A stretch of DNA of 64,000 nucleotides from Macrostomum hystrix (taxonomy: Eukaryota; Animalia; Platyhelminthes), in NCBI GenBank assembly GCA_950097015.1, contig CATNEN010000038.1, positions 19,902,001-19,966,000 on the forward strand, written 5' to 3'. Made by a program: the position numbers and the translations under genes. The notes under the pieces are model-generated. The model was not told the origin of the DNA. It was given only the letters and a program-made list of their open reading frames with translations, and ran no database searches. Below, one piece after another: positions 48,212 through 59,500 of the stretch (position 1 is the first letter of the stretch; each line of letters opens with the position of its first letter).

Positions 48212-51200
48212 TCAGTGCCTCGGACTCTCTACAATTGGGGGAAATCGCACCTGTCGTTGAGTTGCTCGCTCTGTTGGCTCCGGCTCCGCATCTGACGACT
48301 CGTCAGTTTCGCTACCAGATGATTCTGTGCTTCTTTCTGCTCCTTTCTTGGCGGCCGATCCCACCGCTGCCACCATTGTCTTTGATCTGTGCGAGCGCCA
48401 CGATGGCTGGGGCAAATTGTCGGACAGGCTGAAAGACTTGAACTCCTGGATCGCGTGTGGTAGAGAATGGGACCATTTATAGACGATATGGAATTTGAGC
48501 TTAAGTTTCTAATTAAACTGTTTTTAAACAATTTTTTATAGCCCCAGAAAGCTTTGCATAGAAAGTATTTAGGCAACTCTGCCTCATTTACTGAACTCAG
48601 AGCACCTACGCACACTGTTGATTGCTGACTTTTCGATTGTCAGGCAGAGCAAACTTTCTCTGTACTCCTTAGTGTATTTTGAACAAGCAGGCCGCTGATT
48701 CGAGCTCAGGGCGTTTGGTGCGAAAGTCGGACACCTTTTCACCCGGCCACTAAACCTCACTAGAGGGCCTCATGGTTTTAAATCTAGTGCGAATCGGTCT
48801 GCTACAGTAGAATATCACTCACAGTAGTCTTCAGCACAGTGTAGGGAGTGCACACAGAGCCTGGTGCCATTGCGCGATGCGTTGAAGATTCGCCATATTC
48901 TACCCTGCGATCCGTGCGCGTCAGTCTTATGCGTTCAAAGTCCTTCTCAGCCTTGGCTCCAATCAATGGCTGTAGGTGATATGTTTTTTAATTCGGAAAC
49001 TGTATGATCATCCCTCTGACGTACTCTGGCAGTAAGCAGCATAATTCAATACGCTACCTTGTAAATTCCTGTGTCTGAGATGGCAGGCATTGTCTGTGAG
49101 CGAATCTTCAGCGGCCCGCCATCATCCACAGTTCGCTCCTGCAACATGAAAAGTGATGCGAAGTCTTAAGCAAGCTTCATGTTCCGAGGTCTCTGCGTAC
49201 TCGCCAAGTTCGGCATGCGAGAGACAAGGCAAGCTGCTTGGCAAACATGCATGCAGGACTGCACGTATTGGGTTTCCAAGAGATTTTACAAGGTCGCAGA
49301 CAAATTTCGTGCTATCAGTCTAATATTTGCATAAGACGCCAAACTACCATTCTTTTACATTAAGGATGCCTGAAATTGAATGGGCTTCACGAGTAAGTAC
49401 AGAGAAAAGAATATAGAAATTACATAGTACAGCCAGTGGCACTAGCTGTTCAGGGGAGTACAGGGGAGGCCTCCAGACGCACCCGAATTTCTACTCCATC
49501 TCATCTGTTAGTATCCATCCTCAATAAAACAATTCAGTTTGTGCTTTTCTTGGTCAAATATTTGAACTCCCGAACACTTTCATTTAGTTCGAAGCTCCAA
49601 TAACAAAAACTGATCAGAACTGCCCCGGCCCATTCGGGCCAGATGCACAGCCGACAGCACAAACCCAGCTATTGCGCGGAGCTTCTGATGAATGAATACG
49701 CTACTCAGTCATCTAGACCTTCTTCGACCTTCAAGTCGTGAGTCCGAAGCTCTAACCACAAGCCTACAGCTCATTCAACTCCAATCACTTGAAGCTCCAA
49801 CAACCAGGCTGCAAGGAGCAAGATTGAGACGAGCAAATCATACCTGAGCACCAACACCCGTGCGGTCCTTTGTAATTTTCTTCGTTCCGTCGTCCTTAGC
49901 GTCGGACTTCTCGTCATCAGTGGCCTCCTCAGCCTCCTGCTGTTCGCCAATTGTGGTGACTGCAAGAATTTTAACCGTCATGAATGATGAATGGAGCAAA
50001 GATTATATAAAAAATATTTATTAACCTTCTTCGAAGAACTTTTGTCGATCAATTTGAGCTTGCTTCCAAGTTTTCCGCATGCTGATGTTCCACGGCTTCG
50101 GCTAAAACAATTGTTCGAGAATGTTTGAGAATGAGAATGTGACCCCACTGCGTGATGGAAATCATATTATAAAATATGATTTTCAATGAATTGACGAGAC
50201 TATATTAGAAGCTACTCACCTGACCGAATGTGCCAACAGCCTCTCCACTGATTGTGAAGAGTTTGGCGGTACAGTCGACACTGGCTGTGACTACAAACTC
50301 TCCGGCTTCAATCTCGGCTAGGTCCACCGACACAATGGCCGCTTCATGAGCTCTGAACTCTTGTAGGCAGTGCGGCGGATTCACTTCCAGCTGAGATAAG
50401 TTGAATTGCGTTTTATTCGTTTAGCAATTGGGAACAAATAAGTTTTTACATATCCTAACTACCTGGTCTCGCTGAAACAGCGCATAGTTCGCGATACTCC
50501 AGCAGCGCACGAAACCTTCCGTGTCGCCTGTGACCAACGCACTGTCCCTCCGGTTTGCCACCATGGCCAGGACGCATTCGCCGGCAGCAGGCCCGCCTTC
50601 CGCTGCGCAGAACACTGCCATCTCGTGCCGTCGTCCGTGCAGACTCCAGAACCGGATGTGACCGGCTTCGCTAGTGAGCAGGAAGCCGCTCTCCCTGTAG
50701 CGCTTATCTGCGGCTCGCTTCTTTAGGAAGATCAGTTTGTCCACCGGGCCAGGTGTTCTGGCTGGCGCTCGGTAGGCCGAGCGGTGACGCGAATTCGGGC
50801 GGCTGCGGCTTCGGCTGCGGCTGTCGCTGCTAGCGCGTGTTGGCGGTGGCGTGAGGCCCTGGGCGCGGCACATCTTTTTCTCGCTAAAAACATTTCAATG
50901 ATGGAGGCCGTTGTCCAGTTAAAAACTCCTAACACTGTGAATACTTGTCCAGCTCTGTTGAGCTCTAACAACCGAGGCCTAGTTCTGACAACTGAAACCT
51001 ATAGTTCTGACAGCCATAATCTATTTCTTACAGCTGAAACCTATAGCTCTGACAGCAAAAACCTAGTTCTGACAGCTGAAATGTAGTTTTGACAGCCGTA
51101 ATGTAGTTTTAACAGCTTAAAGCTAACATGGCTTTTGCTCACATTGTCTCTTGATATCCATGCCGGAGTTTCATCAGCAGTTTCTCATGATCAGCGTTCC

Positions 51201-54200
51201 ACACCAAAATGGCTCCGTCGTAGCTGGCAGTTGCCAACAGATCCGGCGGGCAGAAGTCACAGCTTAGGATGTCGTCCTCGTGCCAGACGCCGCCCTTCCA
51301 GTCAAGTGGCGAGCGCTTAATGTCCTGTACGTTTTGTGAACAAAGCTTTTAACAACCGCCTGTACAATCAAAGCTATAATTGAACCAAAAAGCGTTAAGA
51401 CATCAGGATCCAATTGCATCGCAATATTTAGTCTTAGAAATGTACTTTACATGCGCCAATTCAAAATCCGCCGCCAAGTTTGCGGCAAAAAACCTGTCTG
51501 CAATAACATTCCTAGGTTCCAGTAGACTGCCCTTTCCAAGCTTCCTACGCTTTTCTCTCCAGCTGAGAAAAGCTGATAGGCCTTGATTAATAGCCTGTTG
51601 TTGATTTAGTTCTGCTGCACAAACATGAGCAAACCGGCAGCAGCCGCGTAGCAAAACGAACTCATCCGTCTTTATGCCATCGCGTCAACCGTGACTACAG
51701 CTATATTTTACAAGTTTCCAAGCATTGATTAGTGCTTCTTATCGTACTTTTCTGACAATGTACGACTTCACACTCACATCTGGGTTGGTGTCGCGGTAGC
51801 AGACCACTTCGCGATTCCAACCGACTGCGAAGATTCTCTGCTGCATCGGCGCGGCAACTAGTCCAGTGATTTCAGCGTCGGCCGTCATCTCCAGCTCGTG
51901 CATCGCCTGTCCAGTCTGAACATTCCAGACCTTCATGTTGCCATGACGACTGCCAGTCAGGACGCGCCGCCAGGTGGAGTCGTAGGCTAGGCAGGTAATC
52001 TCTTCTCCGCGATGAGCATCGGCGATTGCCAGGCCTTTGTTGCCAGTCTCCAGGTCCCAGGTGGTCATGCTAGAGTCGTCAGAGGCCGTGGTGACAAGCT
52101 TGAACACGGGGTTGTAAAGGGCTGCGCACAGCTGGGCCTTGTGCGTCAGAATTAGCCCAGGTATCGGGTCAGCAGCCTTGCCTAAAAATTGAATTATGCT
52201 GTTCGGAGAATCACTCTAACGAGATACTCTTTCGTTGAATAACTTAATTTCCTATATGTACGAGTCTAATACTTGGCCTCAGCATTGTCAACAACAGTCG
52301 CTTTCTAAAACTAGTGTTGCTTAAGTTATTTTAAAATGCAAACGTAATAAAAACATAGAGAAAAGAAGAAATTCGCGAGAGTAAAAGTGGGTTTTAAGGT
52401 AAGAAAAAAAATGTTCTTTATAATATTATCTACAGCCGGGTAGCTTGATTGTAATGCTAACTATCGCAAAATCAAGAATGTAGATCATAGGACACTGGCA
52501 AAATTCAAAAGCTTCTTTGTCTAGCCAAAATAGAACCCTATTCAGGATCAATCACTTCTCCCTTGACTGAACCAGAAACAGGAAAATATCCTATTTACAA
52601 GCTGAAAGCAACATGATCTATGACTTTTTGGACGTTAAGAATTTCCGAAGATTTCAATATCAGTGAAATAAATAATAGTACAGAGCGTATAAATATTACT
52701 TTTAATAATTAAACGGACTAAATTATTAATGCCGAACGTCTACCTCAGGATTGTCAAATAGATTAAGTGTAAAGATATAAATAATGTCTTCAGCAATACT
52801 ACATTTAACGACGAGCTAGAATTACAAAGATTAAGACTAGCCAGCTACATTCATAAAATTTATGAAAAGAAAGCTAAATTTGTGAGAAAATAATCTGCCG
52901 GAATGCATATGTACGTGGCCATAATTTTTTCTAGGGGGTTACGCGCCTCAGCGGGCGCCACTACCAGGGGGGCGCCACTACCAGGGGGGCGCCACTACCA
53001 GGGGGCGCCACTACCATGGGGGTGCCACTACCATGGGGGGTACCACTACCAGGGGGGCGCCACTACCATGGGGCGCCACTATAACCATGGGGGCGCCACT
53101 ACCATGGGGGCGCCACTACCAGGGGGGCGCCACTACCATGGGGGCGCCACTACCAGGGCGGTGCCACATAGTCTCATCAGCCGATTTGTTGTGGACTGCG
53201 GCCCCCTTGCCCACCCCCTGACTATGCCCCTGCAAGCAGAATCTAAAGACAATACAGCGACGCAGCTCAACTACGGAACAATTTAATTTTTTTTCTATGT
53301 AGAATTTCCAGGGGTAGCTGTTTAATTTCTTACCATTTGTATCATCACCTGTGATTACGTCCGAAAGACAAGGTGCGTAGAACAAGAGGAATTATGTCAG
53401 GTACTAATTAGCCATTGCTGAATGAGTGCTGGGCTGGTAATTACTTAGCAAATGTCTGTAAATTAATATTGTGATAAAACACAAAGCGTACACCTAAATG
53501 AACGGAACGAAATCGAAGGTCTCACCTAGTCTGTACTGAAGAATATTATCGGAGCTGGTCAGGTAGACAGTGTTGGAGCCCAGGTGCAACGTGAGCGGAC
53601 TGCCCATGTGCTCGGGCAGTTTGTCGCTGACAGCGTACGGAATTCGCACAGTGACAGTCTGCACACAGATGTGAGCCTTTAGATCCCAGGCTTTGATGAC
53701 GCCGTCACGTGCGTAGCTGATCACGCAGCCGAGTTTCTCGTGAATCTTCACTGACAGCACGGAATTGTTGTGGCCCTCCAGCAGGGCTGTGGGCTTAGAT
53801 GGCACGTAGGGATTCCAGAAGCGCACCAGATGATCGTTCGACCCCGTGACCAGCAGGTTCAAGCTCCAGTTGATATCGAAGCATTCGGCTCCGCGACGTA
53901 GTTTGAAAGTATAGAGGGCCCTTCGATGCTTCAAATCGTAGATCACAATGGAGCTGTTTGGCGCGGCACTGCAGGTCACGGTGCAGTTGTTGTCAGGCAG
54001 GTAGGCCAGCTCGTTTACTGGCTCCGAGTGAAGGCCCTCGTGGTGAAAGGCATCGACACACTTGACGTGACTGGCCAACTCGTAGAACCAGATGCGCTGA
54101 CTGCGATGGTTCGGATCCGGGGGAATGTCAAAGAGTTGCTGCATCGGCCTCTTGAAGACAAACTCGCTTAGATTGCCTCCGTCGTCTCCGGCGAACAGGT

Positions 54201-57200
54201 GGCTGTCAGTATTTGCCGCCTGGTGCAGTTTAGGGAATTACATTAGTAGGATAAGAAATCCATCTTAGCTAGTTACTCGAAGTAGCTAAGTGATAATACT
54301 TATTAACTTTATAGTTTTATGCTTTGAAACTGAAATTGCGATATTTAATCGATCACAAACAATTTCATCCACCTTCCAAAAATCAAATAATAAATGTGCA
54401 GATCGGTGATTTTGCAAACGATGTTCAATCCTGGCTACTTTTTTGTGGTCCAATGAAGACAGATTCTCATACAGAGATGTAGTAAGGAGTGTGCACAGAT
54501 TGTAAAAACGTGTTACAGACAGCTGTGAGTGCAATAAATCATACAACTATGATTATAGTTGAAACAACAGTCCGTCCGAAAAGTGGTAAAAAACTAAATT
54601 CGATCAAAGACCCTTCACCGAGTTAACGATGCGAACTCGAAGAACGCACACACTATGGGCTGCTTTCTTTTTACCATAAAGTCTTTAAAAAATTTACGAG
54701 GGGTGTCCACAAAGTATAGTTGGATTCAGAAATATTATGGATTTAGTTGACATTTACCGATGCTTGCATGCGCGGCCCATCGTGTTCAGCCTATAGAGAT
54801 GCTCTAACGTAACTCGCATCTGTAGGCATAATCGCCTAAACTTGGTAAAGAAAAAGTACAAAGCTAAGTACTTTAGATTGAGAGCCTAGACAAAGGTGCA
54901 CTCGTGTTAATTTTTTCAATTCATTTCCTACTAAACAATCCACCATTGTAAAGCCGTATTCATAAGAAGGTCAAATATAAATTAATGTGTCTGAATCCAA
55001 CAACGAACCAGATGTAAAATTGCCACTTCTTTTTAATTAAAATAAAATTGTAAAATTAGTATTTAAGTCTAAATTTAAATTTTATTTAATTTTAAATTTT
55101 AACTTATTATTATTTATAATTATAATTATAATTATATAATAATTATAATTATTTACTAATGTTAATTTAATATTTATATAAATGTTTAATAATTTAATAA
55201 TTTCATTAATTTCATTTATTTAATTTAATAATGTAATTAATTTAATTAAATTAAATAAATTAATTTTATTTATAATAATTTAATTAAGCCGCGCAGATAA
55301 CTAGAGGGCTATTAAGACCGCGTCTCTAGAAGCTCTTGATCATATTTTAACATTCATGGACTTATAATAATAACATCTTGACTGGACGCATACCAATTTT
55401 AATGAAATCTATATTCCACTGGTTATAAGTAAAAAAATCTCAGATACATAGGTAAATAAGCTCGTATGATAAGAACAGTGATCCCAACACCTTAGCACAA
55501 TCGTACGGATTAAGAAAACTGTTTTGTTAGTATTTTCTCACCATGAAAAATGCTTCGGATGGCTGAAATTCAAGTGGCGATGAAGTGACGGGTTTTTATT
55601 ATTAACACTAACTGAAAGCTATGGGCATGGTTATGTGATAAAGAGCTTGCAATGCAGATTTCGAAAATATTTCAGTGTTTTCATACAGTTGCAGCGAATG
55701 TCAATGTAATTAATGTTAAGTTAAACGCAAAAACATTGCAAATTTTAGTTGCAAAGCTGTACTACATATCCATTTAACTGCAGATGCTAACAGAAATTTT
55801 TTAATTCTCTATCGTCAATCATCTACCAGAAATCTTTGATCGCCTACCCGGAATCTTTGATCGTCTACCAGGAATCTTTGATCGTCTACCAGGAATTCGT
55901 CAACCATCTACCAGGAATAGTCTATACATTATCTACCAGTGGTCGTCAATAATCTACCAGGAATCGTCAATAATCTACCAGAAATATTTGATATTCTGCC
56001 AGTAATTCGCTAATCGTATACCAGGAATCGTCAATTATCTACCAGTAGTCGTCAATTATCTACCAGTCGTCAATAATCTACCAGGAATCTACAATTACGA
56101 ATCGACTGTTTCCTACCCAGAAATAACTATACTAATTCTGTACATTGAAGTATTAAGGAGCTTCTAACTGAAAATATTTTCTACAACTTAAGAAACTTGC
56201 AGACAGTTGAGGTGTTTTATACTCTTCATGACATATTGTGAAAACGCTGCGCTCCAGCAACAGAGACCGAAAAGCCAGCAATTACCTCCTTCTTGTAGTA
56301 AAACTTAAGCACAGTTGGCACTGATTTCATGCCGTACAAAATGTACTCCTCCTTGATAACATTCGATGCAATGTCGTAGAATTTAAGCTCCCGGCCCGTT
56401 GTTGACAGTACCAGCTTGTGACAATTGTCCATGTACACAGCGTCGATGACCCATTCGCTGAATAATCGCTTTCCCGATGCGTTGCTAGCCGCTGCCAGCT
56501 CGGCTGGAGGATTCTGAGTCTCCAGGTGGGACTCCAGTTTGAGCAAGCAGTCCCAGAGCAGGATGCATCCGGTTTTGCTGACCGATATGGGCCTAGTCGG
56601 GCTGTCTGTTAGCAATAGTCGGGCCGTGGGCTCTTGCTGCAGTGGGAGAGACACGTACCTGATATAATCATAAGTATTTGCCCTTAAGCAAGACACAGAA
56701 TTCCCGATTGCTTCAGTTCATCCGGGTACCAGCCAAGGACTGCACTAGTACCTAGGGTAGTTAGCTAGACTACTAGACTTAAGTAGTCCTTGGTGCCAGC
56801 ATCAGCTAGTCTAGGCATTTGGATGAGGGTGACGAACCGCCAATCCATGGACTGAGCATCTGAAACGCAGCCTTTGAAAGCCCCGGGTAATAACTGCAGT
56901 TTACGGACTACTTGAATGCGAGGTTCGATTCCCGACTTCACTGAAAAAAACGGTATCTCCGAACAATAATTTTAACACTGCATAGCTTCAGTTGCTGGGG
57001 GTAATTGGGGGTGGGTTTGGCGACTGAACAACCGAACTCGGCATACTATGCTGCTGCTGCCGAAACCCACCTTGTTGTGCAGCACGTGGCGCAGTCGTGG
57101 CTCCGCTTTGAAGGGCGGCTCAACCCGGCTAGTTAAGCGGTCCCTTTCATGCAGATAGAGCATCATATAGTTGCAGAACTCTGTCCATGTGACACTGCCG

Positions 57201-57470
57201 CTGTTGTCCGTGTCTAGCTTGTAATAGAGCCGCTCCAGCTGCCCCGTGAATCGGTCGTGGCCGATCACTCGGTTCAGAATGGCCGTGAACTCCTTCAGAT
57301 TTAGGCAGCCTTGACGCCGCTTGGACTTCGACTTCTTGCCACCGTGGCGCTTGTTGGCCTTCGCGTCCGCATCGCTGATGGGTCGATGATCTTCAAACAG
57401 CGCCTTGACGCGCTGCAGATGAGGCAGCTGCAGAAAATCTTCGACCCGAAGACCGCCATCCTGTTCTGAT
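48212..57470 (-). CDS. EF-hand + WD40-repeat protein (WDR49/EFCAB8/WDR64/WDY-like); exons 57470-57071, 56636-56286, 54219-53526, 52181-51778, 51324-51143, 50883-50463, 50390-50220, 50101-50026, 49959-49844, 49138-49058, 48969-48823, 48445-48212; 5' exon(s) unresolved
   Basis: EF-hand LDTDNSGSVTWTEFCNYM followed by WD40 repeats (LLVTGSNDHLVRFWNPY, LEGHNNSV, VVTASDDSSMTTWD-like, VLTGSRHGNMKVWN, LATASYDGAILVWN, LVTGDTEGFVRCWS). All 11 junctions were checked as GT-AG and phase-consistent. Confidence 0.88.
50978..51118. repeat. Short degenerate intronic repeat (TAGTTCTGACAGC core)
   Basis: About 7 imperfect copies within WD40 intron 50884-51142. Confidence 0.7.
52955..53160. repeat. ~17-bp GC-rich minisatellite GGGGGCGCCACTACCA(T/G), intronic
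   Basis: About 12 copies. It explains the ORFs at 52903-53385. Confidence 0.9.
54719..55001. mobile_element. Putative ~280-bp MITE with 19-bp inverted termini
   Basis: GTTGGATTCAGAAATATTA (54719-54737) versus TAATGTGTCTGAATCCAAC (54983-55001), 17/19 complementary. No clear TSD. Confidence 0.45.
55820..56095. repeat. Degenerate ~20-bp repeat (ATCTACCAGGAATCGTCAAT)
   Basis: Imperfect tandem copies in a WD40 intron. Confidence 0.8.
56670..56880 (+). mobile_element. SINE body fragment interrupted by a 59-bp MITE (56734-56792)
   Basis: Homologous to 5735-5850. The insert has termini CAAGGACT...AGTCCTTG and is flanked by GTACCAGC / GTGCCAGC. Confidence 0.65.
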
Positions 57471-59500
57471 CTGAAAGAATTTATCAGGTTCGGGTTCAGA
57501 AGAGTTTCTGAAATCTCTGGAACTCCTGCAATTTTAGAACTACAAGTATTATTGTTATTGAATCTTGCAGTATTATCAACAGTTTTAAGTAAAATTAGTC
57601 CTTCAGCCGTCAATAGGCAAGTGTCAATTTTCAAAGCCCAGCTAATCATGGTCACACGATCACTTTCTAAGTAGCAAAGCCCAAGAGACCAGTGAGCGAA
57701 CAGGATGGAATAATTGATGAGCTCTGTAGCTTAAACAGAGAACCTCTGAACTGTACTGGAAAGGTGAAAGCAGGAACTAAATGTGACTCAGAGAGTGAGA
57801 GAGAGCTATAGATGAATGAGCTTTAGCAGTCAATCAATGAGAAGGCCGTTGTGTGGCTTTCGTTAAGCCTAAAACAAGCGTTTGTTTGCAATCCGCAGTG
57901 TGTGCAGTGAGACTTTGCTAGTAGTCTGATAGCTGGCCGTCTCTCTTCCACACCCCAATTTACCTAGAAGGGTGTCAATTTACCGTAGGTGTAAGGTTGC
58001 CTGGCAATATATTAAGTTAATATAATAAAGCTACATTGCATAGCATGTTCAGCAGAATCTGTTCAGTTCATGCACAGTTCAGTTCAAACTGGTCCTTCCT
58101 TGTTTTATTGCAAATTCATTCGTGTTGAATTATAAAAACTGTTATACTATCAAGCAGAAATAATACTAAATTAAATAGCCTTTGCGATATATTTAATTGA
58201 ATTATCCAAACTAAATTGGAGCCGGATTGGGACTGTCGAAGAAACACGCGCACTAGTATAAAACCGATTAAGGAATTAGAGGGATTATATTTGATTAAAA
58301 ATGCATGCATCGCCCACTTTTTGCTAATTTTTCTAGCTTTTTGTGTACACAGTTTTAAGTTCTGTACTGCAGTGATTCCTAGACCTTGTCGACCATACCA
58401 CAATGCTCAATAGATTCAACAAAAGGCCCATGGCTTTAGGCTGCAACCAACGTCCTAACGCTACGTGCACAAGCTACATGCTACGGCACGTGTTGTCGAG
58501 TGCAGGCTGAACCGGACTCTATGCAAACTGCATCTAGTCAAAGGAAGAGCTGCCGGCACAGTCGTGTTACTAAAGCAGGCCGGAACTGCAGCTCAAGCTC
58601 TGAGGCAGGATAGTTCAGCTAGTGAATAGGATTTTCAAGCAGCGACTAACATCCGGCGACGTCCTCTGTCAGGCGAGCCTTTTTCCTCTGTCTCTCAATG
58701 CACATACTCCGGCTGGAGTGACAGATGCGTACTGACTTTTTTTAAGAACTACTCTTGCGAAAATGGCTTTGTGCGTTTTTTGGGGCATTTCGTTTACAAT
58801 AGTTTTTTTATTTACTATGCGCGTCAAAAGGGTGCTGATTTACTTTTTTTTCAAAATCCACCTAACCATAACTTAAAACAATTAAACGAAAGAAAAACTG
58901 TTTGGATAAAAAAAAATTGCACTATATCATGCTCGTAAGCCCTATGTCCTATGTCCTATTAGCCTATGTCTCCTATAGGCCATTATAGTCATTTATAGTC
59001 TTTCATGACCCCAGTGTTCATGTTCGCCATCAAGTCCACTTTCCTATAAACAGGGTTGATTACCAGTAAAGTGGGTTCGCGGTTGGGTCCCATAGTGGCA
59101 GAATTTGCCCCTCCTAGGTTGAGATTCGAACTCCCGAACACTCGCACTCATAACCACTCTATAACCTCTGTGCTAGAATACATGCATAGTAATGTTTATA
59201 ATACGCTCGTAATATATTAGTTGTACTATCGCTTGGGACCTGTTATCAGGTAGTAAAGTTTCAAAACTATACCAAATGTTTAGTCTCTCGTCGCCCGAAA
59301 CCTTATAACTAACCATTGTTCCTAAGGGAAGAAATATAATTAACGAATATTGTATTTTTCTACAAATTTTGTGAGAACCTGACACATTTATGTTCAAACT
59401 CCTGCTTCGAATATATTCTACAGTGTGGCGCTGAAACATGCTATTTTACTGAAACACACAAATCTACAACTCTCTTGAGGCCTGAAATACTTCATTTATA

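Noticed and set aside
48312-48428. Alternative last WD40 exon using the acceptor at 48428
   Set aside because: It gives an early stop in a less plausible frame. The acceptor at 48445 yields a continuous frame to 48212 and was preferred, though this is not proven.
52905-53232. hAT-like MITE enclosing the 17-bp repeat (right end CCCCCTGACTATGCCCCTG)
   Set aside because: The left terminus is too degenerate and there is no TSD, so only the repeat is reported.
58660-58790. Candidate first exon of the WD40 gene (ATG at ~58788, minus)
   Set aside because: No convincing phase-2 donor could be linked to the 57470 acceptor, so it is left unresolved.
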